From: Bugula neritina
Taxonomy: Eukaryota; Animalia; Bryozoa
Direction: 5' to 3'
Assembly (NCBI GenBank): GCA_964035545.1
Contig: OZ037765.1
Location: 21,387,304-21,451,303, forward strand
Length of the DNA stretch: 64,000 nucleotides
Below the pieces are notes generated by a model. That model had not been told where the DNA came from. It was given only the letters and a program-made list of their open reading frames with translations, and ran no database searches. Each line of letters begins with the position of its first letter. Position 1 is the first letter of the stretch. Below are positions 13,701 to 26,077 of the stretch, piece by piece. Position numbers and translations under genes: made by a program.

Positions 13701-16700
13701 AACGCTTGATCACTAAGTTATAATATTGATATCAAAGGATTATTGATAAGTTGATTTATAAAAACAATCACTTTACTCTTATTTACATACTGGAGTCAAC
13801 AAAATGTAACCTCATAGCAGAGGAACTACTTTAGGAAGAGTAAAGAACTCCTCACCAGTTCAATATTTCGGGGATTTAAACTTATCAGCTTGCTGAAAGT
13901 CTGAATTCCTGCATTAGTGAAGCAGGTAGCAGTCTTTACACCAATACCAGGCAACTGTTTGGTGATGAATCCAGAATTCTCCCACAGGTGAGACAATATA
14001 CATTTGTTGAGTAGCACAGCATTATACAAGCAGTTTGCCTTTTGACTGTTCATATAAAGTTCCACCAAACCTAATCATATAATATAAGATTTTAATACTG
14101 GTTGTCAGCAGAATAAAAATTTGGTTTCACTAAATGGAATTACAAAGCAAAGCAACAAATCCTTATATTTTTTGTATTTGTAGCTATTCCACCCTTGTGT
14201 ACAAAGGAGTATAATTTGGTAAATCAAAAATCAAAATCAATTAATCCTCACATTTGGTTATCCTAGAGGCAGTTCTAAACACTTTTGCTGTATCTTGACT
14301 AATGGAAAACTCAGATAGAGGTAAGCAGCCCAACTCAATCTGTATGAGACTACAAAAGTTGAACACAATGTATTATACGGCCTCAACTTTCATTTATCAT
14401 AGTTATTATATTAACAGTAACAATTGATGGTGTCATCCTGCTACTTGCCTACAAACTTTCATAGCAGACGTTTTTATCTTCCCTTTCATAGGATATCGAA
14501 TGCAGGCACTGCTTTTACTATTGTTTAATTCATTCAGTACTTTTTTCTCCGAAACTCTAAGTTGTATGTCAGAAAATTCTTGGCAGTTAGCTAAAAAGTT
14601 GATCTGCAACAAAAATTCAGTATGGATTGATTTAAAAAAAACAGGTTTACAGTTGCCATCTCTGAGAGAACCCCTCATGGAATTGGCATTTTAAGCGGGC
14701 TAAGGGCCTGTTCTTTATTGTGGCAAAAGAGTGATTATGACTGAGTACCCTTGCTAACATTACCCATGGTCTTACGTAAGATTCAAATAACTGACTTTGT
14801 AGTGTTTACTAAGTCAGCGCTCTAACCCTTAGACCACCTACTGTTATGAATTGATTTACTATGAATTAGATATATACTATGCATTTTAAACAACTCTGAA
14901 AACATTAACCCTACACACAAGAGTAATAGGTATATATAACACCTTTTACATGTAATTTTTCATGGTGGAAACAAAATAACTTTATAATTACTATTGCTGT
15001 GATTGTAATAATAGAAGATTGTTCAGTAAGATGAAAGCGACTAAACAAAGACTATACATACCAGCTGTTCCTGTGTTTCTTCACCAGTCATTTGATCAAT
15101 CTTACACATGGTGTCATATGATATGCAGTATCTAGCCATCAGTTTACCTGACTCTATAACATTCACCAATACTCACCATGCAGCTACATAACAATTTATC
15201 AGATTCATTTTGGAAAACAAATAAAATGATGCACCAGCTATACTGCATGAAGTCATGCCTTGTACAAATAATAGATATATTCTACTTTTTCCGAAACTAG
15301 ATGGTAATCCAATAACTCATTATACTATAACTAGTTACTAAAAGCCAAAATTTATTTAGACTTTGGCCTTATAGGATTTAAACTCGTGTTTTGGCAACTC
15401 AGTTATAATACAGATTTATAGATTTAAAAAATGCTGTCAACCTGGCTGGCTAGATGTTGAAACAATTATAAGTATAACATTTTGATATTTTAGTAGTTTT
15501 TTAAGAATTGTGACAAAACCAAAAAATGCAGGCATGCAAATTGCATCTTTTAGGCATTGCTTGATATTATCACAACACAGACCTGTAGAAGTAATACTAC
15601 AGTCACTGTTATTATCAGAAGTGATCATTTTGATACTCTCTAAGAGTTCAAGCTGGCGAACACACAGTTGCTGAAGGTAGGCTTCTATAGAGCTGCGCGT
15701 CTGGTGTCCTTTCAGCCCTTCAAAACGTTGAGCAAAAACTCATTATTGATTGAATCATGAGTTTTGAGGTCCAATTACAAATACACCACTATAATCTAAT
15801 CAGCAAATGAAAAATATTAGTATAATAACATAATTGTATTTGCAAAACACAATTTTTTACAAAATATATATTAATTTGTAATTTGTAATAACTTTTATAA
15901 TATTTTTGTTTTTATGCAGTCTTGTAAGTTGTGCCTCGTATAGCCAGTTGCAATATATTACTTATTATATAACTGCATTATATTTCGCTCAAAATTAAGT
16001 CCTTTGCTCAATTACTGAACAATGTAGTTTTACTTACCATAAAATGCTGGGTTTTTCATAATCCTGACATACAAAAATGTCGCTTTCAGCCAATGTAAAG
16101 CTACGGAAATCTTTGGTATAGTACTCAACACTATTTCTGCATTGAGATGCTCAATTAAATTCTTGTGTAAACTACATGAAAGTACAAACAAAATTATGAA
16201 AACATAATTACTAAACATTAGTAATTGTAAATAGTTTAAAAATTTAGATTGTTTTGGCGGTCAGCAATTTATTTATATTACATAATTTCTATGAGGTCTT
16301 TCTTTTAAACTAAGTCACAAAACTCACACCTGCTTTCTATAATCTGTTTTCCTCCAACTAAGTTTTGATACTTCTGCTGCTGAGATGACTTAGTCATGAT
16401 GACAGCTGTAGCTGACGTATCAAACTGAGGTCTTCCAGCACGGCCAATCATCTGTAGAATCTCAGACTCAGTGTACTCTTCAAACCCATGGCTAGTGTAG
16501 TGCTGGGTTGACTTGATAACCACTAGATGAGCTGGCAGATTGACACCCATAGCAAGGGTGCTTGTAGAGACTGATAAGAAAACAAACTAAAGTCACAATT
16601 CAACTAATAAAATAAAGTCCAAAACAATTTGTATAAAAAGTAACTTTAAAGCCTTAAAAATTGGTTTACATTTGAACCATTATTTAATTATTGATGTAAA

Positions 16701-18390
16701 GAAGGAGGAGGAGGAGGGTCAGTTTCAACAACAAAAAATTCAGCATATATATTATCTCCAGAACAAGTCATGATAACATTATAGGTTTTACCAATGCAAT
16801 GCAATAAACATATTTAAACATAAAACTATCTTCTTAAAAATTAAATGTTAAGACTGCATGCTTGGCCTACATTCTGAACTATATATTGAAAATAAAACTT
16901 GAGACTTGAGAGCATTACCTACCTAAAACTTTAAGATCACCTCTAAGAAATAACTCTTCTACTGTTCTACGGTCTTCATGATCAAGACCAGCATTGTGGA
17001 AACCTACTCCTTTCACCAGACAATCTACAAACTCATTCATATATTATGATGACCTGTTTTAAAATTTAAATTTAAACACCTAAAAGTTAACTATTATATA
17101 AGAATCCACTTCAAGGAACTCTTCCTCAATGTATATAATTTTTATTTTCAAATCCCTTTTCAAATTGTGACCAACAGTTGATGTAAAACACACAGGTAAT
17201 TAAATTGTAAAATGTGATGCATGCAGGTTTTTATGGTCACTTTATATTAAATAACAACAAAACACTACTGAATCTAAAAAGACTTTATTCAAATTTGTTG
17301 AGCTAGATAATACAAACCTTTTAGTGCTGTGTCCTTGACTTTCATGGCAGCAGTTTGCAAGAAATGAGTATTTTCATGTGTCAGAGAAAATATAAATTCT
17401 TTGCTTAACATTAGTGCAGATTGCTGAGCTCCTTTTCTTGTAGAAACAAACTACAACATTAGCTATAAATATTTCACTATAGCAACAGTTGAAATACTGA
17501 AGACGCTCTATACTACACTTTAAAGGCAAGCAATATACGACTAGTATCTGTACAGAAAAGGCTTGCATTCTAGATTTATAAAAAAAAGACTCTGCAATTT
17601 GGAAATTTTGTTTGGCTAATGAGTTGCTAAAAACAAACAGGGTGCAATAATTTCTATTGTTTAGTGTATTGATTTGTTTTACTTACTATCAGTGAAGGTC
17701 TATTATTTGAATGTCTTCTCAATATTTCTGGCAGCTTGTAATTGAGTGACATGTCAAATTTGAATTCGTTGCTTCCAGAATAAAAGTTATACCCATAAAC
17801 ATGTCGAGTAAGTTTTACTGGCCTGTAATTTTCTCCCATCCTAAAAAAATAGATATGTGCAAATCAAAAATCAGTAAGCAAAACACATTATAATTATATG
17901 ATACATAACTTAATACATGTTATATATGTTATTGCTATTTGAACTTCTAAACAGTGTGTATGTCAAAATATCAATACTCTTAACTTCAAATGCTGTGCTA
18001 TGCTAAATTTATGTGCAAGAAATAATAATCTATAAGAATTTAAATTTTATCTTTGGGTCTTTGATTAGTATACAGACATCTTACAGTGAATAATATGTTA
18101 ATCAATAAATCAGTTAGCATGCCAAAAAGTAAGGGTCAGCGGTTACAGCTAAGTTATTCGTTGTTAATTTGTAACATATAAAATTTGAAACGGGTTTTAG
18201 ATACAAAAAAGATATTGTTGATTAATGACCAATACTAACAAAAATATTGGTAATTATTGTAATATTATCAAAATTTTGCTTTTTAACAAGTAACTTTACA
18301 TATTAGCGTATAGAGACCAAAATAGTAGAAAGTACTAACACTTAAAATTAAATACATGTATTAATTTGGGCAAAAGCATTCTTTATGCAT

Positions 18391-18478
<88 letters not shown>

Positions 18479-21400
18479 GGCAATTTAGTTATATCTGTTC
18501 ATCTATACTCTATAGTTATACTATAACTTTTTATTACAATTTTGACCAACTAGAATTACTAGATGCTAATTACAGCCAGTTTTATGAAATTAGCTCAACA
18601 GGTTCCCTCACATGAAAACTTTCTATCTTACACATTTTCTTGCTGTTTGAAATTAAAGTATCAAAACTGTCTAGCAGCTCCAGCAAATACTTTTGACAAA
18701 GATTTGAAGGCAATATATTTTACTCACATAAAGGATGCAGCTGGTTGATTCTTTGATCCTAGCCACTCAGCTACCTAATTAGCAGAGAAAATTAGCATTA
18801 TATGGGCATAAGCATATATATTAGTCACAGTGATATAGCAGACACAATAGTTTTCATGTAATATGTATAATATTCACAATTCATAAATAAATGTTATAAA
18901 TAATTCAAAAATAAATTCCAATTTTTAAAATAAATGAATGTATTTTACAATGAACATTAAAGATATAATATGAGTACTATATTTCTCCAATATATCATCT
19001 ACTAATAGCAATATCAAAATTACCACGATCGATACAAATAAAGTGCACTTTCTGAGTTTCTTGAAATGGAGTGCATATGTTTCCATGCCTAGTGCTCAAA
19101 AATGCTTTATGTTTTACTACCTCAATTTGCTATCATTGACCAACTATTTGGATAGTAACTAGAAAAGCAGCTTAACGTACATCATGAAAGTTACCCATAG
19201 TAGCAGAAACCGCAATGATTCGTAAAAATGCAGCTTTATTTTGATGTAGTTGGTTAATAACAAGTTTCATTCTGCTAATGACTGCTTCAACAGTGGCACC
19301 ACGTGTCTCGTCATTTAACAAATGTATTTCATCTATCATGAACAGTCTGATTTGAGTAATGAATGATTTGTTATCTTTCCATCTTCTTGTCATGCTGTCC
19401 CACTTTTCCTAAAACATATTTTGCAAAAATACACATCTGACATCTGTTACTAGGTTTGGTTGATCAAGTGCCAGTTTTGGGTTAATTTGGTAAAATGGCT
19501 TAAAGCCCATTGAGAAATTTTTAAACAGGGGTATATTTTCAAAGTTTAAGCTTTAATACTAAAATTTTGGAACATTAGAGTAAACTAATTTAAAAACAAC
19601 CAGAAGAATTTAAAGGTCAACTTGCATTTCTAAACTTCACAGTTATTCACAGCAAAACATGCTTAATTGCAACATCATGCTGGCATATATTACAAACTAG
19701 CTAAAAATATATCAGATGCATTAAGCATTTTATATTATTAGTATTATACGTACAAGTTGCTTATATGCACTGATTAAACACATGCAACTAAATTTAAATA
19801 TAGATAAAAATTTGAATAAAGCTACAAAAACAAAATTGAAGCATTTGCTAATAACAATTGAAACATTATAGTTATTGAGTATGACTTATGTTTTATTACT
19901 GGTGTTGTTAGAATAAGAGTTGCCTTCTTCATTGAATGAAAATCATCAGAGTCAGAGTCACCAGTCAATTCCTTACAAATAATACCGTGACTTTCAAACT
20001 TGGCTGACCAGTCCTGAAACCTCTCGCTGCACAAAGCCTTTACAGGAGCCACTATGAAAACAGTGGTATAGAGAAATAAGTAGTGCATGATCTATCAACT
20101 ATTTGAGTTAAATGCCACACAGCCAAGGCAATTAAAATGGTTTTCAAGTAAAAAAAACTCAGCAAAATATTTGTGAGAGCCTGATGTAAAAATATTATGA
20201 AGAGTTGGTAAACTCTTTTTATTAAAATTATGCTGATAAGGCTGATAGCTATGGCATAATGAACAATGAACACATCACTTTAAGCTGCAATGTGAACAGG
20301 TCATAATAGCTTCTGTGTCAAGCAGAAGCAAGAGTGTCTCAATTCCTCTGCTAATGTTATCATGGAATTTTCTTATAAGGTATTAACTGTTAGCCTAACA
20401 TAAGATGTAAAGCTAAACTAGCACTTTTACATCTGCTTAACCATGACTATACCGTTTCAGGGTTGTAACAGAAAATATACCATAAAGATTGTGTTTGAAA
20501 CTTACTATAAATTATTTTAACATCTTCAAGTAAAGTCTGAGATTGTTGACAATTCATAAGCAACCTAATGACTGCCATCTCAAACAAAACAGTCTTTCCA
20601 GAACCAGTGGGGGCACATAAAACCACTGGGTCATCAGTAGACATTGCCTGAAATAAATGGAAATATGTGTTTTAGTGATGATTTCCTCCATAATAGTTAA
20701 GAAACAGTAAAAACTAATTTTTTAAGCCTAGGACTTACAGATAATTATTGTGGAATAAGTCATTGAGTCCTGTAACAGTCTAGTTGACATAGAAAATGGA
20801 GCATAAATTTTTTTTATGAACTTTAAAAATTTTCTAAACATAGATTTAAAAGATAGGGAAAATTAAAAATTTTCTTATTACTAGAAATCATTTTATCTAT
20901 AAGTTAAAAAAATAAGCAATAAAAACTTATTGATAAACTTCTATTTTTGAAATACACAATGATATGACTTGCATTATTAAAAGTAGAGCTTTACCTAAAT
21001 CGGTGAACAATAATCAAATCTAGTTTTATAAATCTCAAATATGGACAAAACAGCAGTTTAAGACCTAACTACTAGGGATTAATATCATTTGTTGGTTTAC
21101 TCATAAGTATTTTTCACCCTTCATTCTCAATTTTATGTAATAAAAGTTACCATACAGGGAGAAGCCTAATTGATCTAATCACCTTATATGTCAAATATAA
21201 ATAGAAACAGTTTTACTATTCAGGGCTGTTATAGGCAATTATAACTGAACTTACCATCTTCAACACTTTTGACTGAACAATGTTGAAAAAGGGGAAGTTG
21301 AAAATGCCTTGATAAGCTTCAGCTATAAAGATTAGCTTAGGAAAGTTAATCAAAGCAGCACAGTATTTAATCATAAACTAACCAATAAAATTAATAAACT

Positions 21401-22253
21401 AGCAGTTAAAAGAGTTATTGTAAAAAAGGATACGAAGTTGACTAACAGGATACAAAGTTACATCATAGCCGTCAGGATCTGCCAAAAATACAACAAATTT
21501 TAGTTTCTAAGAGATAGAAAAATAAATAACCAGTAATATGTATATAAAGCATTTACCAGTCTGATTTAAAATTGTTGCAAAGATTGCAGGACACTACTTT
21601 TAGTATTACTAAAATTTATCACATATGATGTTAGCACATGGACAACATTAAATAACCTCAACAATACCATACTAAAAGCAGTTATTTCAAGGGTATACCT
21701 TTTACAACAAGAGATTGGCTTGTATTTGAGCTGTGGACTACTTCATGCTGTTCAATAGAGGGTTTACTTGAGGCAAGATTTTGAGAGGTTGTTGGGAAGA
21801 AGTTAGTTATTCTAGACTGGTGTAAAAGATTACTTTGGCGGGACAGTTTCTGGTGATACAGTGACGTTTCTGCATATAGCTGTTGTGATTGGCTAAAATT
21901 ATACATAACCAAAACTAAGATAAAATTAAAAAGTTGCGCCTCAGTTTTTTTTACAAATTATGAATGTAAGCCAATATTTATTTATTTTAAAGCAAGACAG
22001 AATACACTTTTAGCCTTAACACAATAGCTTTATGTTCAAAAGCTATTGTGTACAGTGAAAATGATCATATCATGCAAGTCTTACAAAAGAAAGAAACTAA
22101 AAACAATTTAGTGCCTTACCAACCATATATAACTTGGTAAATAATAAAACTGAGATGTAATTGTAATAAATGTATTATTAAATTATAAATCAAATCATGT
22201 AAAAATTACCTGAATAATGATTGGGAACTAAAATTTGAACCAACACCTTCCAT
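7760..22253 (-). CDS. HFM1: HFM1/MER3 meiotic ATP-dependent DNA helicase, about 29 coding exons
   Basis: Motifs FNIVQSK, CAPTGSGKT, YMAPVKALCSER, TTPEKWDSMTRRW, DEIH, SATM, STSTLAMGVNLPAHLVVIKST, QMIGRAGRPQFD, a Sec63-like region (IRYPMKGKIKT..MKVCSLIQ) and zinc finger CGHKCHNKATCGHLCCK (exon 10924-11264). ATG at 22253; frame stays open through spliced exons to TAG at 7760-7762. The last four exons are inferred from splice signals only. Confidence 0.93.
13413..13485 (+). mobile_element. Probable internally deleted copy of the tRNA-derived SINE
   Basis: A-box-like gtgatctagtggttaga followed directly by ttcccatcaggaatagtaactataaacc, which resembles the tail (ttctctcagagatggcaactgtaaacc) of the 14634-14843 element. 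Confidence 0.4.
14350..14448 (-). other. GC-AG intron in HFM1
   Basis: Donor AG|GCAAGT is the only nearby donor giving KVC-S-LIQ in frame with the acceptor TTTTGTAG|T; nearby GT dinucleotides frameshift. Confidence 0.85.
14634..14843 (-). mobile_element. tRNA-derived SINE-like element in an HFM1 intron
   Basis: Minus strand begins cagtaGGTGGTCTAAGGGTTAGAGCGCTGACT (A box/D arm), then a ctgact...agtcag stem, a degenerate B box (atttgaatct), about 130 nt of unrelated body and a terminal T8 run. Confidence 0.62.
18396..18475. repeat. (TA)n microsatellite
   Basis: About 40 perfect TA units in an HFM1 intron. Confidence 0.97.
21323..21433 (-). other. U12-type (minor spliceosome) GT-AG intron, HFM1 coding intron 3
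   Basis: 5' splice site C|GTATCCTTTT; branch-like TTTCCTAAG (21344-21336) about 13 nt before the AG; splicing yields in-frame VSQLP-EAYQGIFNFPFFNIVQSK. Confidence 0.88.
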
Positions 22254-22789
22254 TATACCAAGTTTTCGTCGACAGTCTTTGAATAAATCAGCTCAATACA
22301 GAAGCAGATTTTCTAAAATCAAAAAATAAAACTATGATTTAAAAACACTTTTTGACAGTGAAGAATTGCAGATTAGCATAGGCACAAAGAACATGCTGTA
22401 TAAACAATGTCTTATCATAATAATTCAACAACTAGAGTGATAGTTTTCAGTATCAGTATCTAAAATTCTATAATTATAATTTAAAAGCAATATTTATAAT
22501 TTTAATATTTAAATGTTCAACAGAAAAACTAGTAATTACCGCTAAATAACTAACAGTAACACTGATAGTTGAGACTGTGACTCGAACTTAATTTCATTCT
22601 CAATAATTTATTTACTTTACCTTTACTTTTAGTTACTACAAGTTGCATTTACTTTTAGTTGCAGTCATTACTGTTGCAACTATTATACATGACATAACTT
22701 AAATATGCTATATAATGACATTTAAAAAAAAATTGCAATTAATACTACAATTTCATTTGTCTACTATGATTGTGTGCCTGAAAAAAATC

Positions 22790-22930
22790 ACAGAGCTTCA
22801 GAGATGGCCATAGTGCGGCTCTTTTACTTTGTCGTCTGCTACAGGAATTGCTTTTGTAACGTGACTATCACATGACTAAATACAGCAATCGCAATGTGGT
22901 CTTTGAAGTTGCCTACCAATGTAAGAAAAA
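22790..22930. promoter_or_regulatory. Candidate core of the divergent HFM1/SULF promoter region
   Basis: Locally GC/CpG-richer patch between the divergent 5' ends, with CACATG (E-box) and CCAAT. Confidence 0.35.
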
Positions 22931-23102
22931 TGATAATTAAGATGTGTAATGTAAAAAAAGAGTTGTCTTTCTATGCATACGAGTTAATTTATAGCTTGAG
23001 AATTATAATATATTGCCACTAGTTTTAAAAAATATTTGTAATAATCATCAAAATAGCAACATAGCGGTACTAAAATTACAGTTTGGGCTATATGACTAAT
23101 GA

Positions 23103-23290
23103 TAGTCGAACTCTGAATTTAATCGAGAGCCTAGCAGAATTAGTGAGATGTTCATAACACAGATACAAAGACCGAGCGTTTATCTATTGTTTCTTAATTA
23201 AAATTTGAACTCCAACTGTCACTTAGAGACTTTCAAATGTTTTTGTAACTGTGAGACATTCTAATCGGCTCTGAAATTCAAAGCTTACTA
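23103..23290. mobile_element. Degenerate inverted-repeat (MITE-like) element
   Basis: Left tagtcgaactctgaattt..gagagcctagcagaat..cacagatacaaagac vs right-end reverse complement tagtaagctttgaattt.cagagccgattagaat..cacagttacaaaaac. Confidence 0.45.
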
Positions 23291-23546
23291 TAACTATAAG
23301 TATAATTTCGATTTTGTTATCAATATAAAGAGTTGCGATTTTAAATTGAAATTGAACTCAAATGAACAGTTCGAACAAGTTGAAGGTTAACAAATACAGT
23401 CATCATCACTATAACTATAAGTATAAAATTAATTTCAATTCAGTAAGTATAGCTCTAGCTTTTTAATTTTAACTGATCTCGTAATTTGTATTGCATCAAT
23501 TTATCAAATTCAATAAATTGAAATTCATTTCATCTTTCAGACTCAG

Positions 23547-23612
23547 TATGAGTATTACTATTACTATTAGTATTACTATTAGTATTACTATTAGTATTAC
23601 TATTAGTTACTA
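23547..23612. repeat. 12-bp tandem repeat (tagtattactat)n
   Basis: About 4-5 copies directly visible. Confidence 0.85.
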
Positions 23613-26077
23613 ACTTGAGTTGAATAAAAAAAATTCAACTTGACATTCGCGGTGCTAAAAAGCTTATTATTGTGAAGAGTAAATATTAACATCAATTTCA
23701 ATTTATATTAATATTTTGACTTGCTCACAACTTCAAATTTTTAATTAGCTTTTTAAATAATTTTAAGTAAAGGTACCAAGGACATCTGGACTAGTCAAAC
23801 TCAAAGTGAATCCTAGTCTGGGTCTGGTAAGTATTACTTTTAAATTTAATTTAAAGTCATGCCTTAAGTTTTAACTTTTATTTTTAGCATATTGATGTTA
23901 TAATTATAGTTATTGCAGTGACTGTTTCAGTGTTAGTCTTTTACATTGCAATTGTGGCTAACAACCACAATACGAAGGCTGGGTAAATATAAAAAAATAA
24001 CTTTATAAACTTTAAGTTCATGGCATAACCTTGAACTTATACTTATTTTAGTAGTATTACTACAACTAGCACTAGTAGTAGTACTATAATAATATGCGTT
24101 TTGGTTAGCATTATTTAACTTATATTTAATGGCATAATTACAAGATTAATATCACTCTAGCATCTGATTCAATAGTAGTTAGTAATAGTATTAGTATTAT
24201 AATTATAATAGCAGAGCTGAGCTGTAGTCACAGCAAGTCAAGTCAGATGCAATAGCTAGCCAAGTCAGTCATAGTCTAGACCCTAGACAAAACAACTTTC
24301 CAAGTTTAAATATTCAATGAAATTGAATTGAGTTGACATAAATTCACACAGAATTCACTACATTGAGCAATTTTGTTATTTTTAAGGACTTGCAATATGA
24401 ATATGTAAATGAAAATTATAAAGCCATGTAGTTGAGTAGGATGACTGAGTCGTAGAATTTCAAATATTCAAGTCAGCAAGTATTTGAGTCAGCATAGCTT
24501 GGTTCAGTTTTGCTAAATAACAGTAAATTGCCTATGTAATAGGTCCAAAAAATTATGAAATGAGCACTTATGTTTATGGTATAAAGTAAATTTTAATTAG
24601 CAGCACATATATTTATTTATATACATATTATTTTGGCGTTAAATTTGTTGTCAAGTTTTATATTATTGCTATGAACATTATTAAGCTTTATGTAAAAATG
24701 AAAGACACTTTGCAACATCATTTTAATGAACTTTTGTAATAAGCCTATCTTACCACACTGATGCTAATGTTTTTATGTTTACACTGTCTTCACTGTTAAA
24801 AAAATATGTTTAGTGTTGATTGTTAATGTTATGGGGTTGAAAATGTTTTTGGTGATGAAAAACAATAAAACATTATAAAATATTCTAGAATTGCTAGGCT
24901 CCACCATTAAAATCTTCAACACACTCATAAATGGAAATTTGTTAAAATGTGAATATGCTGAATGCTATGCACTTCAGCATAGCTCTTTATAATATAATAT
25001 AGAGATAGGGTGAAGACTCTAAATATTTTATTTATCAGGTGACATGTTGATGCTGCTTCATAAACTTGTAAGTGCCTAATGTATGTTGAGTGGTACTGTC
25101 TTATCAACCCACTAAAGATAAATTTAAATTACTTTCCAAAATTAAATGACTAACAGATAATTCCATAGCAATATATGGAGATCTAAGGAAAACTATATTA
25201 CTCATTTAGTTTAGATATTAATAAAATTATACATGTTTCCTATATACTTATGGTAATATTACGATAGCAATTATTTTTCCATAAATATTTGTTGAAACCA
25301 CTTTAAGCAATTTCAATCAGACTAAATTATATTGAAAGATAATTAAATTTTATCATTTCATTATAAAGCTACTATTTTTCTGCAAAAATTGTTGTATTGT
25401 AACTAAAGCCAATACATTTTATATTTAGCTGTTTTCAAAATTTGAAGTTGAATAAAATTAGCGGTTATAAAATGGCAATGCATGACTTTCAATGATGCAA
25501 AAAATTATCTTTTACTTTTTTATGCATTTTTTATAGAAATAGTTTTTGATAATTGTCACAGATGGGCTTATTTCAAATTTTGTAATGTAACTGAAAAATA
25601 AAGAAACCCTTTTCAATCACTGATTTAAAATTAAACAATATTTTTTTCATTATTTTACAATATGTTTTTGAATTAGATTTAACTGTTAAATGTAGTTACT
25701 TGGTTGCAAATTCAGTTGTATAATATTAATGATCCTATCATAGCAGAGAATAAATAATAACTGCATCTGCATAAGTGCCAGTTACAACTATCCCATAATT
25801 TTGTTGTGTATTATGAATATTTTTTCATACTTCATATATCAACCAGAAAACAGATTGCTGGTTTTAAAAGAGTTATGGGTTGCAAGTTTTTTAGACTATA
25901 CCACCTTGTGTAGAAAATATATGAGTTTACTTGCGTTAGTATTTATTTAGTTTAGCTTACATCTAGCTGTTGTCAATGGTTTGTCAAGGGGTTCTTTTTT
26001 ATATTTATGAGTGGTGAAAGTATGAGTATGTGGTGCAGTTAAAATTATTGTATTCTTTCAGATGAGCCTGTGTGGAT

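Noticed and set aside
14770-14843. Functional tRNA gene
   Set aside because: Degenerate B box and no acceptor stem pairing; treated as a SINE head.
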